Of a stretch of DNA of 64,000 nucleotides, positions 53,362 to 64,000 are shown in pieces (positions within the stretch are counted from its first letter, which is position 1; each line of letters opens with the position of its first letter). The position numbers and the translations under genes were made by a program. The DNA is from the human T2T-CHM13v2.0 reference genome, Homo sapiens. The stretch lies in assembly GCF_009914755.1 (NCBI RefSeq), contig NC_060948.1; one strand, written 5' to 3'. The notes under the pieces were generated by a model. That model made no database searches and was not told where the DNA came from. It worked only from the letters and a program-made list of their open reading frames with translations.

Positions 53362-56300
53362 GTAATGAACTTTAATGGAATGTACTCGAATGGATTCGAC
53401 TGTAATGGAATGTTGTGGAAGTGAATGGACTCCAATGGAATGGATTCAAAAGGAATGGAATCGTACGGAATGGAATCTAATGGAATGGAATTAAATGGAA
53501 ATGAATCAAATTGAATAGCATGGAATTGAATTGAATGGAATCGAATGCAATGGAATCTAATGAAACGGAAAGGAAAGGAATGGAATGGAATGGAATGGGC
53601 TGGAATGGAAAGGAATCGAAACGAATGGAATGGAATCGAACTGAAGAGACTGGAATGGAATGCACTGGAATGGAAGGGAGTGTAATGGAAGGTTCTCGAA
53701 AAAAATGGAATCGAATGGAATGGAATTGAATGGAACGGAATAGAGTCAAATGGAATTGAATGGAATGGAATGGACTAGAGTGAAATGGAATCGAACCACA
53801 AGGAATGGACAGGAATAGAATGGTCTCGAATTGAATGGAATCGTATGGAATGGCATCAAACGGAATGGAATGGACAGCCACGGAATGGAATGCACTCGAA
53901 TGCAATGGAGTCGAAACTAATGGACTGGAATAGAATGGATTCGACTGGTACGGACTCCAATGGAATGGAATCGAATGGAAGGGAATCGAACGGAATGGAC
54001 TCGAAGGGAAAAGACTGCAATGGAAAGGTCTCGAATGGAATGGAAATTAATGGAATGGAATGGAATCGAATGAAATGGAGTCAAAAGGAATGGAATCGAA
54101 TGGCAAGAAATCGAATGTAATGGAATCGCAAGGAATTGATGTGAACGGAACGGAATGGAATGGAATCCAAAGGAATGGAATAGAATGGAATGGAATCGAA
54201 TGGAAAGGACTCGAATGGAAATCACTCGAATAGAATGCAATTTAATAAAATAGGATCAAATGTAATGGAATGGAATGGAAAGGAATCGAAACGAAAGGAA
54301 TGGAGACAGATGGAATGGAATGGAACAGAGAGCAATGGTATAGAATGGAATGGAATCATCAGGAATGGAATTGAATGGAATGGAATAATATGAAATGGAA
54401 TGGAATGGAATGGAATGGAATGCCCTTGAATTAAATGGACTGGAATGGAATGGACTCGAACAGAGTGGAATGGAAAGTGTTGAGATAGAATGGAATGGAC
54501 TCGTTTGGAATGGTCTAGTATGCAATGCAATCGACTGGCAGGGAATCAAAAGGAATGTAATGGAATGGATTGGACTGGAATGCAATGGACTCGAATAGAT
54601 TGGAAACGGAATGCAAAGGAATGGAATGGAATAGTATGTAATGGAATGGAAAGGAATGGAGTGGAATAGACTAGAGTGGAATGGAATGGACTGGAAAGCA
54701 ATAGACTGGAATGGAACTTTCTTGAATGGACTGGAATCAAACGGAATGGAATGCAATGCAATCAAATGGCATGGAATAAAATAGAATGAAAGAGAATCAA
54801 ATGGAATTGAATCGAATGGAATCGAATGGATTGGAAAGGAATAGAATGGAATGGAATGGAATTGACTCAAATGGAATGGACTAGAATGGAATGGATTCGA
54901 ATGGAAGGCAAAGGAATGGAATCTATTGGAATGGACTGGAATGGAATGGAAGGGATTGGAATGGACTCGAATGGAATGGACTGCAATAGAAAGGATTCGA
55001 ATGGAATGAAAAAGAATTGAATGGAATAGAACAGAATGGAATCAAATCGAATGAAATGGAATGGAATAGAAAGGAATGGAATGAAATGGAATGGAAAGGA
55101 TTCGAATGGAATGCAATCGAATGGAATGGAATCGAACGGAATGGAATAAAATGGAAGAAAACTGGCAAGAAATGGAATCGAAATGAATGGAGTGTTATGG
55201 AACGGACTCAAAAGGAATTGAATGTAATAGAATGGAGTGGAGTGGACTCGAATATAATGGACTGGAATGGAATGAAATCACATGGAATGGGAACGAATGG
55301 AATGGAATGGAAAGGAATGGAATCGAATGGAAAGGAATCGAATGGAAGGGAATGAAATTGAATCAACAGGAATGGAAGGGAATAGAATAGACGGTAATGG
55401 AATGGACTCGAATTGAATGGACACGAATGCTCAAATTGAATGGACAAGAATGGAATGGAAACGAAAGGAATGTCATCGAATGGAATTGAATCGATTGGAA
55501 TGAAATCGCATAGAATGGAGTGGAATCAAATGGAATTGAATCGAAAGGAAAGGAAGCGAATGGACTGAAATGAAATGGAATGGAATTGAATGGAAAGTAA
55601 TGCAATGGAATAGAATGGAACGAAATTTCACGGAATGGAATCAAACTGAATGGAATCAAATCAATGGAATCTAATCAAATGGAATGGAAAGGAATTGAAT
55701 GGAGTAGATTGGATTGGATGGGATTGGAATGAAATGTACTGGAAAGGACTCGAATTTCATGAAACGGAATGGAATGAATTGGAACGGAATGGACTCGAAT
55801 GGAATGGAATGTCATGGAATGGCATCAAATGGAATGGCATCAAATGGAATGGAATCGAATGCAATGGAATGCTATGGAATGGAATGGAATGCATTGGAAT
55901 GGAATGTCCTCTAATGGAATGGATTCGAGTGGAATGGAATCGAATATAATGGAGTCGAATGAAATGGAATTGAAAAGAATGGGATCGAATACAATGGAAT
56001 ATACTGGAATGTAATGTAATGAACTCGAATGTAATTGACTGGAATGGAATGTACATGAATGGAATGTAATCGAATGGAAAGTAATCCAATGGAATAGAAA
56101 CTAATGCAATAAAATCGACTCAAATAGAGTAGAATGTAATGGAATGGAGTGCAGTGCAATGGAATGGAATGGAATGGAATGCAATGGAATGGAATGGAAT
56201 GGAATGGAATGGGATGGAATGGTGTGGAATGGATAGTAATGGACTGGTGTGAAATGGACTGGAAAGGAATGGACTCAAATTGAAAGGGCTCGAAAGGAAT

Positions 56301-56906
56301 GGAGTCAAATGGAATGGTCTGGAATGGAATGAACACGAATGTAATGCAATCCAATAGAATGGAATCGAATGGCATGGAATATAAAGAAATGGAATCGAAG
56401 AGAATGGAAACAAATGGAATGGAATTGAATGGAATGGAATTGAATGGAATGGGAAGGAATGGAGTGAAATTGTATGCAGTAGAAGAGAATAGAATGGAAT
56501 GCAAGTGAAAGGAAAGGAATGGATTGGAATGGAATGGAATTCATTGGAATGGAAGGGAATGTAGTGTAATGGACAGGCCTGGAATAAAGTGGAATGCTAC
56601 GGTCTCGAATGGAATAAAAATGTATGGAATGGAATGCAATGAAACGGAATCGAATGTCATAGAATGTAATGGAATGCAAAAAAATTGGAATCCAAAATCA
56701 TTGACTGGAAAGGCTGGGTGTCGAAAGGAATTGACTCCAATGGAATGGAATCGAATGGAATGGAAATGAATAGAATCGAACTAAATCGAATGGAATGGAA
56801 TTGATAGGAACGGAATGGAAAGGAATGCAATGATTTGGCATGGAATGGAATCGAATGGCATCGAATGGAATGGAATGGAATGCAATGGAATGGAATGTAT
56901 TAGAAT
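53362..56906 (+). repeat. DYZ1 unit 16 (3545 bp)
   Basis: Anchor at 53362 and 56907. Has a 1-bp insertion near 56685 (GCAAAAAAATTGGAA). Confidence 0.9.
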
Positions 56907-59900
56907 GTAATGAACTTTAATGGAATGTACTCGAATGGATTCGACTGGAATGGAATGTTGTGGAAGTGAATGGACTCCAATGGAATGGATTCAAAAGGAA
57001 TGGAATCGTACGGAATGGAATCTAATGGAATGGAATTAAATGGAAATGAATCAAATTGAATAGCACGGAATTGAATTGAATGGAATGGAATGCAATGGAA
57101 TCTAATGAAACGGAAAGGAAAGGAATGGAATGGAATGGAATGGGCTGGAATGGAAAGGAATCGAAACGAATGGAATGGAATCGAACTGAAGAGACTGGAA
57201 TGGAATGCACTGGAATGGAAGGGAGTGTAATGGAAGGTTCTCGAAAAAAATGGAATCGAATGGAATGGAATTGAATGGAACGGAATAGAGTCGAATGGAA
57301 TTGAATGGAATGGAATGGACTAGAGTGAAATGGAATCGAACCACAAGGAATGGACAGGAATAGAATGGTCTCGAATTGAATGGAATCGTATGGAATGGCA
57401 TCAAACGAAATGGAATGGACAGCCACGGAATGGAATGCACTCGAATGCAATGGAGTCGAAACTAATGGACTGGAATAGAATGGACTCGACTGGTACGGAC
57501 TCCAATGGAATGGAATCGAATGGAAGGGAATCGAACGGAATGGACTCGAAGGGAAAAGACTGCAATGGAAAGGTCTCGAATGGAATGGAAATTAATGGAA
57601 TGGAATGGAATCGAATGAAATGGAGTCAAAAGGAATGGAATCGAATGGCAAGAAATCGAATGTAATGGAATCGCAAGGAATTGATGTGAACGGAACGGAA
57701 TGGAATGGAATCCAAAGGAATGGAATAGAATGGAATGGAATCGAATGGAAAGGACTCGAATGGAAATCACTCGAATAGAATGCAATTTAATAAAATAGGA
57801 TCAAATGTAATGGAATGGAATGGAAAGGAATCGAAACGAAAGGAATGGAGACAGATGGAATGGAATGGAACAGAGAGCAATGGTATAGAATGGAATGGAA
57901 TCATCTGGAATGGAATTGAATGGAATGGAATAATATGAAATGGAATGGAATGGAATGGAATGCCCTTGAATTAAATGGACTGGAATGGAATGGACTCGAA
58001 CAGAGTGGAATGGAAAGTGTTGAGATAGAATGGAATGGACTCGTTTGGAATGGTCTAGTAGGCAATGCAATCGACTGGCAGGGAATCAAAAGGAATGTAA
58101 TGGAATGGATTGGACTGGAATGCAATGGACTCGAATAGATTGGAAACGGAATGCAAAGGAATGGAATGGAATAGTATGGAATGGAATGGAAAGGAATGCA
58201 GTGGAATAGACTAGAGTGGAATGGAATGGACTGGAAAGCAATGGACTGGAATGGAACTTTATTGAATGGACTGGAATCAAACGGAATGGAATGCAATGCA
58301 ATCAAATGGCATGGAATAAAATAGAATGAAAGAGAATCAAATGGAATTGAATCGAATGGAATCGAATGGATTGGAAAGGAATAGAATGGAATGGAATGGA
58401 ATTGACTCAAATGGAATGGACTAGAATGGAATGGATTCGAATGGAAGGCAAAGGAATGGAATCTATTGGAATGGACTGTAATGGAATGGAATGGAAGGGA
58501 TTGGAATGGACTCGAATGGAATGGACTGCAATAGAAAGGATTCGAATGGAATGAAAAAGAATAGAATGGAATAGAACAGAATGGAATCAAATCGAATGAA
58601 ATGGAATGGAATAGAAAAGAATGGAATGAAATGGAATGGAAAGGATTCGAATGGAATGCAATCGAATGGAATGGAATCGAACGGAATGGAATAAAATGGA
58701 AGAAAACTGGCAAGAAATGGAATCGAAATGAATGGAGTGTTATGGAACGGACTCAAAAGGAATTGAATGTAATAGAATGGAGTGGAGTGGACTCGAATAT
58801 AATGGACTGGAATGGAATGAAATCACATGGAATGGGAACGAATGGAATGGAATGGAAAGGAATGGAATCGAATGGAAAGGAATCGAATGGAAGGGAATGA
58901 AATTGAATCAACAGGAATGGAAGGGAATAGAATAGACGGTAATGGAATGGACTCGAATAGAATGGACACGAATGCTCAAATTGAATGGACTCGAATGGAA
59001 TGGAAACGAAAGGAATGTCATCGAATGGAATTGAATCGATTGGAATGAAATCGCATAGAATGGAGTGGAATCAAATGGAATTGAATCGAAAGGAAAGGAA
59101 GCGAATGGACTGAAATGAAATGGAATGGAATTGAATGGAAAGTAATGCAATGGAATAGAATGGAACGAAATTTCACGGAATGGAATCAAACTGAATGGAA
59201 TCAAACCAATGGAATCAAATCAAATGGAATGGAAAGGAATTGAATGGAGTAGATTGGATTGGATGGGATTGGAATGAAATGTACTGGAAAGGACTCGAAT
59301 TTCATGAAACGGAATGGAATGAATTGGAACGGAACGGACTCGAATGGAATGGAATGTCATGGAATGGCATCAAATGGAATGGCATCAAATGGAATGGAAT
59401 CGAATGTAATGGAATGCTATGGAATGGAATGGAATGCATTTTAATGGAATGTCCTCTAATGGAATGGATTCGAGTGGAATGGAATCGAATATAATGGAGT
59501 CGAATGAAATGGAATTGAAAGGAATGGGATCGAATACAATGGAATATACTGGAATGTAATGTAATGAACTCGAATGTAATTGACTGGAATGGAATGTACA
59601 TGAATGGAATGTAATCGAATGGAAAGTAATCCAATGGAATAGAATCTAATGCAATAAAATCGACTCAGATAGAGTAGAATGTAATGGAATGGAGTGCAGT
59701 GCAATGGAATGGAATGGAATGGAATGCAATGGAATGGAATGGAATGGAATGGAATGGAATGGAATGGAATGGAATGGTGTGGAATGGATAGTAATGGACT
59801 GGAGTGAAATGGACTGGAAAGGAATGGACTCAAATTGAATGGGCTCGAAAGGAATGGAGTCAAATGGAATGGTCTGGAATGGAATGAACACGAATGTAAT

Positions 59901-60460
59901 GCAATCCAATAGAATGGAATCGAATGGCATGGAATATAAAGAAATGGAATCGAAGAGAATGGAAACAAATGGAATGGAATTGAGTGGAATGGAATTGAAT
60001 GGAATGGGAACGAATGGAGTGAAATTGTATGCAGTAGAAGAGAATAGAATGGAATGCAAGCGAAAGGAAAGGAATGGATTGGAATGGAATGGAATTCATT
60101 GGAATGGAAGGGAATGTAGTGTAATGGACAGGCCTGGAATAAAGTGGAATGCTACGGTCTCGAATGGAATAAAAATGTATGGAATGGAATGCAATGAAAC
60201 GGAATCGAATGTCATAGAATGTAATGGAATGCAAAAAAATGGAATCCAAAATCATTGACTGGAAAGGCTGGGTGTCGAAAGGAATTGACTCCAATGGAAT
60301 GGAATCGAATGGAATGGAAGTGAATAGAATCGAACTAAATCGAATGGAATGGAATTGATAGGAACGGAATGGAAAGGAATGCAATGATTTGGCATGGAAT
60401 GGAATCGAATGGCATCGAATGGAATGGAATGGAATGCAATGAAATGGAATGTATTAGAAT
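56907..60460 (+). repeat. DYZ1 unit 17 (3554 bp)
   Basis: Anchor at 56907 and 60461. Confidence 0.9.
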
Positions 60461-63400
60461 GTAATGAACTTTAATGGAATGTACTCGAATGGATTCGACT
60501 GGAATGGAATGTTCTGGAAGTGAATGGACTCCAATGGAATGGATTCAAAAGGAATGGAATCGTACGGAATGGAATCTAATGGAATGGAATTAAATGGAAA
60601 TGAATCAAATTGAATAGCACGGAATTGAATTGAATGGAATGGAATGCAATGGAATCTAATGAAACGGAAAGGAAAGGAATGGAATGGAATGGAATGGGCT
60701 GGAATGGAAAGGAATCGAAACGAATGGAATGGAATCGAACTGAAGAGACTGGAATGGAATGCACTGGAATGGAAGGGAGTGTAATGGAAGGTTCTCGAAA
60801 AAAATGGAATGGAATGGAATGGAATTGAATGGAACGGAATAGAGTCGAATGGAATTGAATGGAATGGAATGGACTAGAGTGAAATGGAATCGAACCACAA
60901 GGAATGGACAGGAATAGAATGGTCTCGAATTGAATGGAATCGTATGGAATGGCATCAAACGGAATGGAATGGACAGCCACGGAATAGAATGCACTCGAAT
61001 GCAATGGAGTCGAAACTAATGGACTGGAATAGAATGGACTCGACTGGTACGGACTCCAATGGAATGGAATCGAATGGAAGGGAATCGAACGGAATGGACT
61101 CGAAGGGAAAAGACTGCAATGGAAAGGTCTCGAATGGAATGGAAATTAATGGAATGGAATGGAATCGAATGAAATGGAGTCAAAAGGAATGGAATCGAAT
61201 GGCAAGAAATCGAATGTAATGGAATCGCAAGGAATTGATGTGAACGGAACGGAATGGAATGGAATCCAAAGGAATGGAATAGAATGGAATGGAATCGAAT
61301 GGAAAGGACTCGAATGGAAATCACTCGAATAGAATGCAATTTAATAAAATAGGATCAAATGTAATGGAATGGAATGGAAAGGAATCGAAACGAAAGGAAT
61401 GGAGACAGATGGAATGGAATGGAACAGAGAGCAATGGTATAGAATGGAATGGAATCATCTGGAATGGAATTGAATGGAATGGAATAATATGAAATGGAAT
61501 GGAATGGAATGGAATGGAATGCCCTTGAATTAAATGGACTGGAATGGAATGGACTCGAACAGAGTGGAATGGAAAGTGTTGAGATAGAATGGAATGGACT
61601 CCTTTGGAATGGTGTAGTATGCAATGCAATCGACTGGCAGGGAATCAAAAGGAATGTAATGGAATGGATTGGACTGGAATGCAATGGACTCGAATAGATT
61701 GGAAACGGAATGCAAAGGAATGGAATGGAATAGTATGGAATGGAATGGAAAGGAATGGAGTGGAATAGACTAGAGTGGAATGGAATGGACTGGAAAGCAA
61801 TGGACTGGAATGGAACTTTCTTGAATGGACTGGAATCAAACGGAATGGAATGCAATGCAATCAAATGGCATGGAATAAAATAGAATGAAAGAGAATCAAA
61901 TGGAATTGAATCGAATGGAATCGAATGGATTGGAAAGGAATAGAATGGAATGGAATGGAATTGACTCAAATGGAATGGACTAGAATGGAATGGATTCGAA
62001 TGGAAGGCAAAGGAATGGAATCTATTGGAATGGACTGTAATGGAATGGAATGGAAGGGATTGGAATGGACTCGAATGGAATGGACTGCAATAGAAAGGAT
62101 TCGAATGGAATGAAAAAGAATTGAATGGAATAGAACAGAATGGAATCAAATCGAATGAAATGGAATGGAATAGAAAGGAATGGAATGAAATGGAATGGAA
62201 AGGATTCGAATGGAATGCAATCGAATGGAATGGATTCGAACGGAATGGAATAAAATGGAAGAAAACTGGCAAGAAATGGAATCGAAATGAATGGAGTGTT
62301 ATGGAACGGACTCAAAAGGAATTGAATGTAATAGAATGGAGTGGAGTGGACTCGAATATAATGGACTGGAATGGAATGAAATCACATGGAATGGGAACGA
62401 ATGGAATGGAATGGAAAGGAATGGAATCGAATGGAAAGGAATCGAATGGAAGGGAATGAAATTGAATCAACAGGAATGGAAGGGAATAGAATAGACGGTA
62501 ATGGAATGGACTCGAATAGAATGGACACGAATGCTCAAATTGAATGGACTCGAATGGAATGGAAACGAAAGGAATGTCATCGAATGGAATTGAATCGATT
62601 GGAATGAAATCGCATAGAATGGAGTGGAATCAAATGGAATTGAAACGAAAGGAAAGGAAGCGAATGGACTGAAATGAAATGGAATGGAATTGAATGGAAA
62701 GTAATGCAATGGAATAGAATGGAACGAAATTTCACGGAATGGAATCAAACTGAATGGAATCAAATCAATGGAATCCAATCAAATGGAATGGAGTAGATTG
62801 GATTGGATGGGATTGGAATGAAATGTACTGGAAAGGACTCGAATTTCATGAAACGGAATGGAATGAATTGGAACGGAATGGACTCGAATGGAATGGAATG
62901 TCATGGAATGGCATCAAATGGAATGGCATCAAATGGAATGGAATCGAATGCAATGGAATGGTATGGAATGGAATGGAATGCATTGGAATGGAATGTCCTC
63001 TAATGGAATGGATTCGAGTGGAATGGAATCGAATATAATGGAGTCGAATGAAATGGAATTGAAAGGAATGGGATCGAATACAATGGAATATACTGGAATG
63101 TAATGTAATGAACTCGAATATAATTGACTGGAATGGAATGTACATGAATGGAATGTAATCGAATGGAAAGTAATCCAATGGAATAGAATCTAATGCAATA
63201 AAATCGACTCAGATAGAGTAGAATGTAATGGAATGGAGTGCAGTGCAATGGAATGGAATGGAATGGAATGCAATGGAATGGAATGGAATGGAATGGAATG
63301 GAATGGAATGGGATGGAATGGGATGGAATGGTATGGAATGGATGGTAATGGACTGGAGTGAAATGGACTGGAAAGGAATGGACTCAAATTGAAAGGGCTG

Positions 63401-64000
63401 GAAAGGAATGGAGTCAAATGGAATGGTCTGGAATGGAATGAACACGAAAGTAATGCAATCCAATAGAATGGAATCGAATGGCATGGAATATAATGAAAAG
63501 GAATCGAAGAGAATGGAAACAAATGGAATGGAATTGAATGGAATGGAATTGAATGGAATGGGAACGAATGGAGTGAAATTGTATGCAGTAGAAGGGAATA
63601 GAATGGAATGCAAGCGAAAGGAAAGGAATGGATTGGAATGGAATGGAATTCATTGGAATGGAAGGGAATGTAGTGTAATGGACAGGCCTGGAATAAAGTG
63701 GAATGCTACGGTCTCGAATGGAATAAAAATGTATGGAATGGAATGCAATGAAACGGAATCGAATGTCATAGAATGTAATGGAATGCAAAAAAATGGAATC
63801 CAAAATCATTGACTGGAAAGGCTGGGTGTCGAAAGGAATTGACTCCAATGGAATGGAATCGAATGGAATGGAAGTGAATAGAATCGAACTAAATCGAATG
63901 GAATGGAATTGATAGGAACGGAATGGAAAGGAATGCAATGATTTGGCACGGAATGGAATCGAATGGCATCGAACGGAATGGAATGGAATGCAATTGAATG
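60461..64000 (+). repeat. DYZ1 unit 18 (nearly complete, truncated by the window end)
   Basis: Anchor at 60461. The sequence ends about 15 bp before the next expected anchor. Confidence 0.9.

Larger units (their letters stand above)
1..64000 (+). repeat. DYZ1: Human satellite III (HSat3) array, DYZ1-type ~3.56-kb higher-order repeat (Yq12 heterochromatin)
   Basis: Continuous GGAAT/CGAAT/GGACT-type pentamers on the + strand. Unique landmarks (GACAGGCCTGG, GGACAGCCACGG, GGCTGGGTGTCG) recur about every 3.55 kb. GGCC occurs at 3245, 6803, 10367, 13930, 17478, 21021, 24565, 28109, 31653, 35232, 38776, 42355, 45904, 49478, 53032, 56576, 60131 and 63685. The 6803-10367 spacing is 3564 bp, the classical DYZ1 unit length. 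Confidence 0.96.

Noticed and set aside
116-63938. Hundreds of ORFs, up to 418 aa (e.g. 556-1812 and 7688-8944 on the minus strand)
   Set aside because: They are translations of GGAAT/ATTCC (MEWNG and FHSIP repeats), which have no stop codon in any frame. ORF ends shift with pentamer indels and show no sign of frame conservation or protein domains.
1-64000. CRISPR-like repeat-spacer structure
   Set aside because: There are no unique spacers. All sequence between landmarks is itself repeated in every unit.
1-64000. DYZ2 block, Alu/L1 insertion or strand inversion
   Set aside because: None seen. The pentamer pattern and unit landmarks continue on the same strand throughout.

Overview
The whole 64-kb window is one uninterrupted, single-orientation array of diverged (GGAAT)n pentamers: human satellite III (HSat3). 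It is organised as 18 head-to-tail higher-order units of 3543-3579 bp, the last slightly truncated. Each unit has one GGCC (HaeIII) site and one GAATTC (EcoRI) site 39 bp apart. Unit size and this restriction pattern match DYZ1 of human Yq12 heterochromatin. I see no real genes, transposon insertions, DYZ2 blocks or inversions; every ORF in the track is a translation of the pentamer. I found no new gene system. The interesting signal is in the array's internal structure: perfect heat-shock elements at fixed positions in each unit (one invariant, two polymorphic, one private gain), nested monomer and dimer tandem duplications, mosaic units sharing haplotype segments over long distances, indels in multiples of 5 bp with one slippage hotspot, four fixed pentamer phase breaks per unit, and recurrent TC>AA and GG>TT tandem substitutions. 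All variant comparisons were made by eye.
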